The notes: generated by a model from the letters alone, not told the origin. DNA of 64,000 bases from Spirochaetia bacterium (GCA_965203905.1 CBDBDQ010000005.1:3616001-3680000); one strand, 5' to 3'; positions 50,265 through 60,247 are shown, counted from the stretch's first letter. Translations and numbers: made by a program.

Positions 50265-52148
50265 TGCCTCATCGAAAAATCCACTCGAGATGAAGCCGAT
50301 GACTCATCCAAATATCCACTCAAAGCAGGTGGCGGTAAAGGGGGGTGGGGGTGCGGGGGCGGGGGGTGTCCTGACCTGTGGATATGTGGACAAGTCGGTA
50401 CTTTGAGATGACCGGTGGAAAGCCACCGTGGACGGCGCGTAGCAGTCGACGCGGGCCTTTGTAGCGGTATTCTGAACGGGCGTTCCATTCTCAGTGCTTC
50501 CAGAAACACTGTGTCCAAAACGTGCCGGTCCTGGGACACCCCCGGAGTCCGGCCCGTAGCGGCTTGGCACGCGGCGTTGGTCTGGCCCTGGCGGCGCCGC
50601 GGCGCGCACTCTGGCCACGGCGCGAGGCACCTCGCAGCGGGTGGTGCAGCGCGTGCCTGAGGTGCAAGCCACCCATGGTCCCGTGGTGCGGGCTGGATCG
50701 CGTACTCGCAACTTGATCGTGCCACCAGCGCAGCAACCGCGCCGTTGGCAGGCGGCTGGCCCGCTGAGCGCCCGCGGTGTGCAGCAGGTGTGGCCCACGA
50801 CGATAAGCATCCCTATCAGCCGGCCTTCTTCAGCGCCGTGGAGTGCTGTGCAGCCAAGCGCAGCAAGCGGCGTTGCAGGTGCACGATCTGATCATTCACG
50901 GCGATCGGGTCGAGCGCCGCGAACTGCTGCCGCAGGCGCTGCTTGGCCGCCTCGGGTACCTCGGCACAGGCCAGTACCCGCTGATACGGAGTCTGCGGGC
51001 GATCATAGCGCCGCCTGACCCGTGCCCCATGGCGGGTCTTCTCGATCAGCTTCGCGCACGGGCGCACGAAGTTGACCATCAGCCGCAGCCGGTCATACAG
51101 CTCGTTGAGCAGTGCGACCGCCTCGGGAGTGTCGTAGCGGACGTAGCCGACATGCTTGCGCACCACGTCGAAGTTCTTCTGCTCGGTGAAATTGTTGTCG
51201 TTCTTGCGATACGCGCGCCCACGCGTGAAGTCGATCTGCTGCTCCTCGCAGTAACGGACCAGATGAGCATTTATGAACTCGCTGCCGTTATCCGAATGCA
51301 CCGCCAACAGCTCGAAGGGGAGCAGGTGGCGCACTACCAGGAGTTGCTGGAACACCCATTTCTGGGCCTTGTTGGGCACCGCGCGGAACTCCGTCCACTG
51401 GGTGCGGCGGTCCGTGGCCAGCAGCGTGTAGGCAAACTCACCGCTCGTGGTGCCGCCGTCGTGGCCGACCAGATCAAGACCCAGGGTGCCGAGCGCGACA
51501 CCCTCCCACTCGCTGAAGGTACGGATCGGGATCTGCAGCATCAGGCTGCCGGTGGGCCGCTTGGTGTGACTGTGCCCGCGCAGCGTCAGCTTGCGTTTCT
51601 CGGTGCGCAGCAGCCGGTCGATGGTTGCCGGGCTGATGCGCACCAGCTTGGCGCGCACCTCGGGGGTGAGCGCGATCTTGCGCTTGCTGCGTGCCTCCCA
51701 ACGCTCGTAGTTCGGTAACCACAGGCGCAGGGTAGCCGCCAAGCGTTTGCCACACAGGTAGCCGAAATGGTGCCATAGCTTGATCAGAGCGGCGACCACC
51801 TCCTGATCGTAGACGCGTGGCGTACGCCGCCGTGCACGGCGCTGACCGACCACGATCTTGACCGGCCGCCCGCCGCGCTGATCCCACACGCTGGTACCCC
51901 AGCAGCGCAGCAGCCAAGCGGCATGGTGGCGGGTGCAGCCGGTCAGATCCATGTACTCCTTGATGAGCTGTCCCTTCTCCTTCTTCGATGCCTTCCGATA
52001 GCGTCTCGCCTTCTCCCGAGCGACCCCTTTCTGCTCATTCATGGTGAGCCCCATCTCCTCCGACCTCCGGCCCTACAATGGCCAAGTCGTTCGAGTGGAT
52101 TTTTCGATGAGGCATCAGTTTCCGTTCGAGTGGATTTTGAGTGAGGCA
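50265..52148 (-). mobile_element. IS element with rve/DDE transposase and duplicated end motifs
   Basis: Perfect 24-bp IR TGCCTCATCGAAAAATCCACTCGA (50265-50288 / 52091-52114); second copies 35 bp away at each end (50300-50323, 52126-52148); extra TGCCTCA at 50212. Exact ends uncertain; no target-site duplication seen. Confidence 0.85.
50816..52054 (-). CDS. rve integrase-core (DDE) transposase
   Basis: RYRKASKKEKG, ISPATIDRLL, DLVGH, HSDNGSEF, KNDNNFTEQKN, TPYQR; GGAGGAG RBS. Confidence 0.92.
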   Translation of the reverse strand: MGLTMNEQKGVAREKARRYRKASKKEKGQLIKEYMDLTGCTRHHAAWLLRCWGTSVWDQRGGRPVKIVVGQRRARRRTPRVYDQEVVAALIKLWHHFGYLCGKRLAATLRLWLPNYERWEARSKRKIALTPEVRAKLVRISPATIDRLLRTEKRKLTLRGHSHTKRPTGSLMLQIPIRTFSEWEGVALGTLGLDLVGHDGGTTSGEFAYTLLATDRRTQWTEFRAVPNKAQKWVFQQLLVVRHLLPFELLAVHSDNGSEFINAHLVRYCEEQQIDFTRGRAYRKNDNNFTEQKNFDVVRKHVGYVRYDTPEAVALLNELYDRLRLMVNFVRPCAKLIEKTRHGARVRRRYDRPQTPYQRVLACAEVPEAAKQRLRQQFAALDPIAVNDQIVHLQRRLLRLAAQHSTALKKAG

Positions 52149-52275
52149 ATTCGCGAGGTGGACCGGGCCGCCACGTCGCGGCTAAAGTCTCCGCCACCGT
52201 GGCACAAGCCTCGATCCTGGCGGCGGCCTGAAGAGCGCTGCCCAAGGAGTGGCGGCAGCCGGGGTGGTACTGCCG

Positions 52276-53712
52276 ATGAAGCAACCCAACGTCGTCTATC
52301 TGCTGGCGGATCAACTGCGGGCGCGCTCGCTGCCGGCCTATGGCGAGGGGCAGATCGCGACGCCGAACATCGACCGCCTCGTGCGCGAGGGGATCAGGTT
52401 CACCAATGCCGTTGCCACCTGTCCGCTGTGCGCGCCGTATCGCTCGATGCTGGTCACCGGCAGGCAGCCGCTGGAGACCGGGCACGTCATCAACAACCTG
52501 CGAGCACGCCACGACGAGATCAGCATCGCCGACGCCTTCAACCACGCTGGCTACCGCACCGGCTGGGTGGGGAAGTGGCACCTCTACTCCGGTGAGCGGC
52601 CCGAGATCGTGGACTTCGAGTACATCCCCGACGGCAGGGACCGGCTCGGGTTCGACTATTTCAGGGCCTACAACTATCACACCCAGTACTTCGACGGCCC
52701 GCTGTGTCTCGACGGCGGCGGCCATGAGCGGTGGCGCGGGTACGAGACGATCGGACTGCTGCGGTACGTCGACGAGTTTCTGGAGGCAGCGACGGAGAAC
52801 GGGGAGCCGTTCTGCCTGTTCGTGGCGCCGCACATGCCGCACCACGGCGGGGCGATTCCGGGCGGGAGGGTGACCCAGGATGCGTCACCGAGCGGGCGGC
52901 TCGCCCCCGACGACTGCCTGCGGCGCGTTCCCGAGCAGCCGGTGCTGCCACCGAACGTGCCTCCGGAGCTGTTGGCCGAAGCAACCGACTGCTACCGCGA
53001 CTACCTGGCCATGACCGTTGCCGTGGACGACATGCTGGGTGCGATCCTGCGACGGCTGCAGCGCGACGAGCTGGTCGACGACACGATCGTGGTGTTCGGT
53101 TCCGATCATGGTTCACTGATGGGTGCGCACGGACTGCAGCCGTGGCAGAAGCGCACCCCCTGGGAAGAGAGCGTGTCGGTCCCGCTGGTGGCACGCCTGC
53201 CGCGGGGGCACCGCGGCGGCAGTGTCTGCGACGCGCTGGTGGCGCCGGAGGATCTGTTCCCGACGCTGTGCGGCCTGTGCGGCATCGACGTGCCACGGAC
53301 GGTCAGCGGTCGCAATCAGGCAGACGTCTGGCTGGGGCGTTCCGGCGCGGCCGAACGGCAGGCGCTGTTCACTTACTGCATCGACGACGCCCTGCTGACC
53401 GGGACGACCGGTTCGGAGTGGAAGGGAGTGCGCACCGAGCACTGGAGCTACTGGCGCTGCCTCGACGGGAGCACGGCTCTGTACGACATCCGCGCCGACC
53501 CGCTGCAGTTGCGCGATTTGGTGGACAGCGAGGAGCATCGCCCCGTCGTGGCGCGAATGGAAGCAACACTTGAACGCTTCATGACCGAGTGGCACGACGC
53601 CATGCAGCCGGCCACCGAGTACCTGAACTGGTTCGACGGGCGGCGCATAGTCAGCAACACGTTCGGCCGGTTGGGCGATCCGTTCAAGGAACCCGACGGG
53701 TCATTGCTGTAG
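52276..53712 (+). CDS. Sulfatase
   Basis: PNVVYLLADQ, CAPYR, GKWHL, SDHG. Confidence 0.92.
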   Translation: MKQPNVVYLLADQLRARSLPAYGEGQIATPNIDRLVREGIRFTNAVATCPLCAPYRSMLVTGRQPLETGHVINNLRARHDEISIADAFNHAGYRTGWVGKWHLYSGERPEIVDFEYIPDGRDRLGFDYFRAYNYHTQYFDGPLCLDGGGHERWRGYETIGLLRYVDEFLEAATENGEPFCLFVAPHMPHHGGAIPGGRVTQDASPSGRLAPDDCLRRVPEQPVLPPNVPPELLAEATDCYRDYLAMTVAVDDMLGAILRRLQRDELVDDTIVVFGSDHGSLMGAHGLQPWQKRTPWEESVSVPLVARLPRGHRGGSVCDALVAPEDLFPTLCGLCGIDVPRTVSGRNQADVWLGRSGAAERQALFTYCIDDALLTGTTGSEWKGVRTEHWSYWRCLDGSTALYDIRADPLQLRDLVDSEEHRPVVARMEATLERFMTEWHDAMQPATEYLNWFDGRRIVSNTFGRLGDPFKEPDGSLL

Positions 53713-53727
53713 CCGGGCTGGGATACT

Positions 53728-53880
53728 TCACTCAGTTGGAGGAGGCTGTTGCTGCGGTGGTGGTGACGGTTGCGGCTGTGCCGGAGGTTGCCTACGCGGC
53801 GGTCGGGGAGGCGGAGGTATGGGAATGTTCGGCGGGCGAGGAATCGGCTGTGGCGCTCCCCTGGTACGATCTCCACTCAA
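53728..53880 (-). CDS. Putative 50-aa proline-rich protein (not in ORF track)
   Basis: TTG start overlaps upstream TGA (TTGA); AGGA about 9 nt upstream; MSGDRTRGAPQPIPRPPNIPIPPPPRPPRRQPPAQPQPSPPPQQQPPPTE. Confidence 0.55.
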   Translation of the reverse strand: MSGDRTRGAPQPIPRPPNIPIPPPPRPPRRQPPAQPQPSPPPQQQPPPTE

Positions 53881-54458
53881 AGATCGAATTCCTGCCTTAT
53901 TCGCAAATGCGTATACTTTACCGCTTTCTCCTGTAGTTTTTCCTTTACATTTCCCATTTTTTGTGCCTGTTCAGAGGTAACGACGTCCACCTTTTCCTCC
54001 AATGCACGCACTCTTGACAGGATCTCCTGATCATCCGTTGCGCCAAGCTCTTCCCATAGCTTTCTCCACTCGCGGGACATGGCTCTGCACGCTCCTTCCA
54101 TCGACACTGCCGCAGCATGTTTCTCCGAGAACCTGAACAGGATCGACAAAAGAGCTACCGTTGCCACTATGGAACTCAATCCAATATATACAAGCTTCGG
54201 TCCTTGCCCCAGGATCGTGGCTACGGCAACGGTAGAAAAGAGTACTTGTGTGAGGTTGGACATATTCTGCCAGAACAGGAATCTCCTCCCCACACGATAC
54301 AGATACTCTACGTCCTCGTCGCTCTTTACCAAGCCGTTCCAAACGCTACGTTCCACGAACCTCTGGATCGGATCGTCCTCCTGGACGATCGCGGACTCTG
54401 TAGGCCTCTCCAAAGACATTACTTTGCCTTTAGACTGCTCTTGTACAGTTCCTGACAT
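53877..54458 (-). CDS. SLATT-like two-TM protein
   Basis: AGGAGG RBS; helix, two hydrophobic segments, FRFSEKHAAA, helical C-terminus; lower GC than flanks. Confidence 0.65.
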   Translation of the reverse strand: MSGTVQEQSKGKVMSLERPTESAIVQEDDPIQRFVERSVWNGLVKSDEDVEYLYRVGRRFLFWQNMSNLTQVLFSTVAVATILGQGPKLVYIGLSSIVATVALLSILFRFSEKHAAAVSMEGACRAMSREWRKLWEELGATDDQEILSRVRALEEKVDVVTSEQAQKMGNVKEKLQEKAVKYTHLRIRQEFDL

Positions 54459-54962
54459 TGTTTCCTCCTGCTATCAGCTGGCCTAAAGAACGCGAACGGT
54501 TCAACTTGATGTACAGCAAGCCAAATGGACAACGCTCCACGAGCCGCCGCTACACTATCAGGAGATTCTATAACCAACGGGCGGACGCGGCCTTCTGCGC
54601 TACCTCGCGCCGCAGCTCTGGCGCCTGGCTGGCAGCTCGCGCTTTGGCACTGTTGACGCGTCCGGCAGGTGGCTCGGACTGCTAGTGCTCCGCGAGCACC
54701 CGCTCCTTGCCGTTCGGCACCGCGCCCGCGGACATGCCGACGACAAGCTTGCCGCGCTGCACCGCCGTCCCTCGGTCTGCTCGGTAGTGCCATGCGGTCG
54801 CGCCTCCATGTACGCGCTGGTTGCTGTGGTGCAACCGCTCGCGCGTAGCACATAGTCTATGTATATGCGTGATGTCGCGCAAATGGGCAACCCGCACGCT
54901 TCCGCACGTCCCGCCGACACTGACCGCTCGTTTCATGACAACGGAGGACTTCGGCCCGGCGG

Positions 54963-56462
54963 TCAGGAGCTGCTGGCGCGGAACGAGTACAGGTGGGCGT
55001 CGCGGACCTCGAAGAAGAGCCGGATGCGCTTGCCCGCCAGGTCGCGGGCCGAGCGGCCGTCCTGCCAGGTCAGCGGCTTCACGGCCAGCGCGTCGCGCTC
55101 CGGCCTGGTCCACACCGGTTCCTCGTCGAAGTTCCGGGTGTTGCGGTTGATCGGGTTGCAGTCGCCGAAGCCGTAGCCGTCGAGCGGCTTGTTCTCCGCA
55201 TCGCGCAGCTCCACCCGGATGCTGCCGTAGGTGCCGTCGTCGCCGCTGTGGTGGCCCGTGATGTCGCGCCGCGGGTCGGCATTCACCAGCAACTCGCCGC
55301 CCGGCCAGGTGACCGGCTTTGTCAGTAACGCCCCCGGCTGTTCGCCGCTGTACAGGGAGCAGAACCCGTCGATGCGCAGCGTTGCCAGGCCGATCGCCCC
55401 GTAGGCCTCGGGGAACTGCGCGCCGTGGCCGCCGGCCCTGCCGGAGTAGTAGAACCAGAGCTGGTTGTAGTTGACGATGGGCGGATTGGTCGGCAGGTTG
55501 AGCCACGTCGAGTCGAAGCTGCCCTGGGGCCCGCGCGGAATGAACGGTTGTCTGGGGATGCTGCGGTGCCAGTCCTTGCCGTCGTAGCTCCACACCAGTT
55601 CCTCCTCCAGCACGTCGGGGATGGTGTGCATGCGCAGCGCACCGGCCAGCCAGATGCCCTCGTAGTAGAACGGCGTGAGCGAGTAGTACTGCATCTGCCA
55701 GGGATCGTCGGTCCCCGGCTTCATCACCTGCTCTCCGGGTGTCCAGTGGATCAGGTCCTCGCTCTCGGTGTAGGAAACGGGCCGCTTGCGCGGAAACGGG
55801 TCCAGGCCGTACTCGGTGACGAAGTCGGTACGCCCCTTCCAAAGGCCGGCCCGCTCGATGCCGGTCTCGAAGGTGCCGCGGCCGTATACCCGGTACTTGC
55901 CGTCCACCTTGTCGGTGACCGCCACGAAACGGTCGTCCCACTTGTGCAGGACGTTGCCCAGCGACTCGAAGTGGATCCCGTCCTTGGAGCGGGTGGCGAA
56001 GATGCCCCAGTGGTCGGGGTTGACGTCCAGCGAGTCCCAGTACAGCAGCTTGTAGGGCCATTCGTCGTCGGGCTCGTAGATCATGGCGCAGTCGTCGATG
56101 AAGCCGTCCGGCAGGGCCGGCTGGATCACGATGTTGTTGTTCCTGTTGCCGCCGAACTCGCAGATCCCCAGGAACGGCCGCTCCCAGTGGATGCCGTCGT
56201 CGCTCTCGGCGTAGCAGACGCGCGGCTTCGACGAGTTGCGCGTGCCCACGTACCACATGCGGAACTTGCCGTCGACGCGCAGCACCGTCCCGTACAGGCA
56301 AGGGCAGTCGCCCTCCCACGGGTATTTGCCCTCCATCACCGGCTTGGGATACTTCTGCGGCTGATGCCACACCCGCTGCACGCGGACGTGGTCGTCAATC
56401 AGGCGGTCGTCGAGGAAGAGCTGGCTGTTGCGCAGGTCTCCGGAATGGGCTTCGGCCTTCAT
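54963..56462 (-). CDS. Uncharacterised GH32/43-like beta-propeller protein
   Basis: QLFLDD, YGTVL, CYAESDDGIHW, SYDGKDW, IGLATLRIDGF, LYSF. Confidence 0.7.
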   Translation of the reverse strand: MKAEAHSGDLRNSQLFLDDRLIDDHVRVQRVWHQPQKYPKPVMEGKYPWEGDCPCLYGTVLRVDGKFRMWYVGTRNSSKPRVCYAESDDGIHWERPFLGICEFGGNRNNNIVIQPALPDGFIDDCAMIYEPDDEWPYKLLYWDSLDVNPDHWGIFATRSKDGIHFESLGNVLHKWDDRFVAVTDKVDGKYRVYGRGTFETGIERAGLWKGRTDFVTEYGLDPFPRKRPVSYTESEDLIHWTPGEQVMKPGTDDPWQMQYYSLTPFYYEGIWLAGALRMHTIPDVLEEELVWSYDGKDWHRSIPRQPFIPRGPQGSFDSTWLNLPTNPPIVNYNQLWFYYSGRAGGHGAQFPEAYGAIGLATLRIDGFCSLYSGEQPGALLTKPVTWPGGELLVNADPRRDITGHHSGDDGTYGSIRVELRDAENKPLDGYGFGDCNPINRNTRNFDEEPVWTRPERDALAVKPLTWQDGRSARDLAGKRIRLFFEVRDAHLYSFRASSS

Positions 56463-56515
56463 CGGTTTCCTCCATTTGGGTCGTGACGATGTTGGTGCAA
56501 GGTGAGCGGGCCGTC

Positions 56516-57610
56516 TCAGTCGGGGATGTCGAACACCCGCTGCAGGTTGCCGCCGTGGATCAGGCGCAGGTCCTCACGGGTCAGGTAGTCGCAGCGCCGC
56601 CGCATGTAGTTGAGGCACTGCGCGTAGCGTTCCGGGGTGAACGGGGGCCCGACGAGGTTGTAGGCCGCGAACTCCGACCCCCAGATCAGCTTGGTTGGTC
56701 CGAAGGCGTCGTAGAGCAGCCGGATCACCTCATCGTTCGGGCCGTAGTTGACGATGTTGGTGAGGATCTCCGTGTGGACGTCGTAGCCGGTGATCACCCG
56801 CGCGAACTCCTCGGGGATGCCGTCCTCCACGTATGAGGCCAGCACGCCGTTGGTCAGCACCACCCGGATGCCCGGGAACTTCCGCAATACCGCCTCCAGC
56901 ATGGGGATGAACTCGTCGTAGTCGTTGCCGTAGGGGCCGCCGATGTACATCACCACGCCGAGTGCCTCGATTTCGCGCCAGAAGGGGTCGAACTTGGCGG
57001 TGTGGAACGACGTGTAACCCTCCCAGCCGCGCGTCGGCTCGTGGTAGAACCCGCGCAGCCCCAACTCCTCCACGTAGACGTGCAGCCGGTCCAGGTTCTC
57101 CCTGGTATAGGCGGTCGACTCGTCCACGTTGCACAGGCCGATGAAGCGCGTCGGATGCTCGTGCACCACGCGCGAGAAGAACTTGTTGAGGTGGATCGGC
57201 GGCAGCTGCAGCACCGCGCGGTCGATGCCGGTGGCGTCCATCAGCCACAGCAGGACCTCGGGCGGCGGCCCCTTGTAGGCGATCAGCACGTGGTCGCCGG
57301 GCGCGTACAGCTCCTCGCCGTCGCTCTGCCAGGTGAAGTAGGGGGTGCAGGACAGCGTCGGCCGCCCGGGGCGCTCCCACGCGATCCTCAGGCCCACGTC
57401 CTTGCAGCCGTCCCACGAGGTGAGCCGGTGCTCGTCCCACAGCGTCTTCCAGCCGTCGGCCACCACCGCGTCGTCGGCCAGCCGGCGCACCTCGATGTGG
57501 GGGCGGGCCAGGTTGCGCTGGAAGCAGTACTTCATGGTCGCGGCCGAGCCGTCCAGGTCCCAGTCCGCTTCGCAGCGCACGCTGGCGTGGGTGTGACTGT
57601 CGATGATCAT
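56516..57610 (-). CDS. Amidohydrolase_2 family metallohydrolase
   Basis: MIIDSHTH, GIDRAVL, KLIWGSEF, GGNLQRVF. Confidence 0.8.
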   Translation of the reverse strand: MIIDSHTHASVRCEADWDLDGSAATMKYCFQRNLARPHIEVRRLADDAVVADGWKTLWDEHRLTSWDGCKDVGLRIAWERPGRPTLSCTPYFTWQSDGEELYAPGDHVLIAYKGPPPEVLLWLMDATGIDRAVLQLPPIHLNKFFSRVVHEHPTRFIGLCNVDESTAYTRENLDRLHVYVEELGLRGFYHEPTRGWEGYTSFHTAKFDPFWREIEALGVVMYIGGPYGNDYDEFIPMLEAVLRKFPGIRVVLTNGVLASYVEDGIPEEFARVITGYDVHTEILTNIVNYGPNDEVIRLLYDAFGPTKLIWGSEFAAYNLVGPPFTPERYAQCLNYMRRRCDYLTREDLRLIHGGNLQRVFDIPD

Positions 57611-57730
57611 GGTCGCTCTCCTCGTGAGGAGTCTGTCGGATTGGCCCGTCAGCGGCAACTCCGACAGGACTCCGTACGTAAAGGCGGGGCTGGGCCGAAA
57701 GCGACGCCGTGAGGCGGCGGTTTCGGGGCG

Positions 57731-58804
57731 CTAGGGATGAACCGAAGGTTGGACTTGCAGCGGCAGGTCCCGCCAGTAGTACCGTAGCGGGTCGTCCGGC
57801 GGCCAGTCGGCGTACAGCTGGTCCCACTCGGCGTAGTGGTGCTGCGGCGCGAGCGCGGCCGCGTCGACCGGCTCGCCGACAGGCTGGTAGCGGAAGCTGG
57901 CGGCCAGCCGGATGCGGTCGCCGCTGGTGTTGTCGCGGCCCTGGTGCACGGCCAGGCTGTGGAACATCACCACGTCGCCGGCGGCCATCGGGCTCCAGGT
58001 CCAGCGCCTGTCCGTTCCGGGATCGACCCAGATCGAGCCTTCCACCACCGGCAGCAGGCCGTCGGCGTGGGAACCCTCGGCCAGCATCACCCCGCCCAGC
58101 GCCGAGTCGCAGTCGCCCAGCGGCAGCCATACGGTCCAGGTATGCGGTGTGCCGCCGACGGAGAAGTGGTCCTGGTGCGGAGGCGTCTTGAACGTCTCCA
58201 GTGCCGGGAAGATGGCGTGGCAGATGTGCCGCGGGTGGACCAGCACCGCCTTCCCGAGCAGCACCTTCAGCACCGCCATGAGGCGCGGATGGTGGGGGAG
58301 CGCGTTGAAGCTGTGCACGCTCAGCACCTTGTTGTAGTACGAGCGGTACTGCTCGGTGGGCCTGGAGCCCTCCAGCACCACTCCCGGCCTGGCGATGCCG
58401 GCGTCCGTCTCCGAGCCGTCGGCCAGCGCCCCGTGGTCGTGCAGCACGCGCAGCACGTCACGCCTTACCTCCAGCACCGCCTCCGCCGGCAGCAGCCCGG
58501 GAAAAAACAGGTAGCCGCGTGCGGCGGCCGCGCTGCGCAACCGCTCCGGATCGTCCAGCAGCGCGCTGCAGTCGGACCACGGCCCGGTGTCGGGTGCGCC
58601 GCGTACCAGTTCCTCGATGCGCTGGCGTACGAAACGCTCCGCGGCTGCCTCGTTGCGGCAACCGGTCGTCCGCAGCCGCCCGCACCACTGCGCCGGAACG
58701 CCCGATTCCGGGTTGAGCGTGTAGCTGTAGTAGGCCTGTGCCGTACCGTCCGGCGCGGGAACGGTCTGCGCGTGCAGCTCGAAGGGAGGGCGGGAGGGCG
58801 GCAT
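57731..58804 (-). CDS. PhyH dioxygenase with about 70-aa N-terminal extension
   Basis: GYLFFPGLL, TPPHQD, WTVWLPLGD, H-QGRDN, RYQP. Confidence 0.85.
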   Translation of the reverse strand: MPPSRPPFELHAQTVPAPDGTAQAYYSYTLNPESGVPAQWCGRLRTTGCRNEAAAERFVRQRIEELVRGAPDTGPWSDCSALLDDPERLRSAAAARGYLFFPGLLPAEAVLEVRRDVLRVLHDHGALADGSETDAGIARPGVVLEGSRPTEQYRSYYNKVLSVHSFNALPHHPRLMAVLKVLLGKAVLVHPRHICHAIFPALETFKTPPHQDHFSVGGTPHTWTVWLPLGDCDSALGGVMLAEGSHADGLLPVVEGSIWVDPGTDRRWTWSPMAAGDVVMFHSLAVHQGRDNTSGDRIRLAASFRYQPVGEPVDAAALAPQHHYAEWDQLYADWPPDDPLRYYWRDLPLQVQPSVHP

Positions 58805-58805
58805 C

Positions 58806-58819
58806 GTACGGTACCGTAC
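58806..58819. promoter_or_regulatory. Perfect 14-bp palindrome GTACGGTACCGTAC next to start codon
   Basis: Read directly; 1 nt upstream of ATG 58804. Confidence 0.5.
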
Positions 58820-58931
58820 CGAGTGCCGTACTCCAAAGCAAGCCGCCGGGTGCCGCCGGGCCGCCAACGCCAACGTGGCGATCAGCAACTCGCTGGAGCA
58901 GGCGACGACTACGCTCGATCAGGGTACTGGG

Positions 58932-60152
58932 TCAGTTCTCCACCTCGATCCAGAGCCGCTCGACGCCGCGCAGCGCCACACCTTCCCGGTATTCCGGTTC
59001 CACGGCCAGGCGCAACGACGAGTACCGGTCCAGCAGACCGGTCAGCGCCAGGCGTGCCTCCATGACCGCCAGCGGACCGCCGAGACAGTAGTGCACACCC
59101 CGGCCGAACGACAGGTGGCTGTTCCCGTTCCTGCCAACGTCCAGCGCCTCGGGATCGTCGAACGCCTCCGGGTCCCGGTTCGCCGCTCCAAGCACCGCAA
59201 TCACCACGTCGCCCGCCCGTATGCGCTTGCCGCCGATCTCCACGTCCTCGCGCGCCGCCCGCCCATCGAGCTGCACCGGACTGTCGTACCGCAGCAGCTC
59301 ATCCACAGCCGGATCCAGCAGTTCCCGGTCTTCCCGCAGACGCTGGAGCTGTGCGGGGTTCCGCAACAGCGCCAGGACCGCGTTCCCTATCAAATTGCGC
59401 GTCGTCTCGTTCCCCGCCACCAGGATCAGGAGCATCACCGACAGCATCTCCTCATGCGTCAGCCGCTCTCCCGTCTCCTCGGCCATCATCAGCGCGGTCA
59501 CCAGGTCATCCCGCGGCTCGCGCCGCCGCTCGGCGATGATTTCTTCGAAGTAGGCGTACACCTGCTCGGCGGCCCGCTTGATTGCCTGCACCTGTTGGCC
59601 GCCGAGTATCGGATCGACGGCCAGCGCCAGCGTGTTCGACCATCCTTCGAAGACGCCCATGTCTTCCGAGCGCACGCCGAGCATCTCCGCTATCACCGTG
59701 ATCGGCAGCGGGTATCCCAGCGCCGCGATCACGTCGAACTGGCGCCTTCCCGCGACCGCGTCCAGCAGCCGATCGGTGATCTCCCGAATGCGCCCCTGGA
59801 GCCGGCCTACCGCCCTCGGGGTGAACGCCTTGGATACCAGCGCCCGCACTCGCGTATGCTCCGGCGGATCCATGTCGAGCAGACTCAGCGGGATCGTTTT
59901 CACCAGGACGCGGTCGCCGTTGCAGAACCGCTTGTCGTCGCGCAGCACCCGCTCCACGTCCTCGTACCTGGTCAGCGCCCAGGCTTTGACCAACCGCATC
60001 CGGTGTACCGGATCCTTGCTGCGCAGCTCCCGGTAGATCGGATACGGATCCTGCCTCAACTGCGGCGACAGCAGGTCGTAGGCGACGCCCGATTCGCGCC
60101 GCTCCCATGCGACCAGCAGGCGTGCGATGGTCAACTTCAGCCATTCGGTCAT
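58932..60152 (-). CDS. Cytochrome P450
   Basis: DPPEHTRVR, AGNETT, ELLR (ExxR), FGRGVHYCLG. Confidence 0.95.
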   Translation of the reverse strand: MTEWLKLTIARLLVAWERRESGVAYDLLSPQLRQDPYPIYRELRSKDPVHRMRLVKAWALTRYEDVERVLRDDKRFCNGDRVLVKTIPLSLLDMDPPEHTRVRALVSKAFTPRAVGRLQGRIREITDRLLDAVAGRRQFDVIAALGYPLPITVIAEMLGVRSEDMGVFEGWSNTLALAVDPILGGQQVQAIKRAAEQVYAYFEEIIAERRREPRDDLVTALMMAEETGERLTHEEMLSVMLLILVAGNETTRNLIGNAVLALLRNPAQLQRLREDRELLDPAVDELLRYDSPVQLDGRAAREDVEIGGKRIRAGDVVIAVLGAANRDPEAFDDPEALDVGRNGNSHLSFGRGVHYCLGGPLAVMEARLALTGLLDRYSSLRLAVEPEYREGVALRGVERLWIEVEN

Positions 60153-60247
60153 TGGATCGCTCCCTACCCCTGGCACATTCTAACGCGAGGCCGGCACCAC
60201 GCGCACCGCCGGGCAGCGCCACAGGGGACGTGTTCCGGGGTTGTTGT

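Noticed and set aside
54600-54960. Small ORFs between the SLATT-like gene and the propeller gene
   Set aside because: No frame with a convincing start, RBS or motif.
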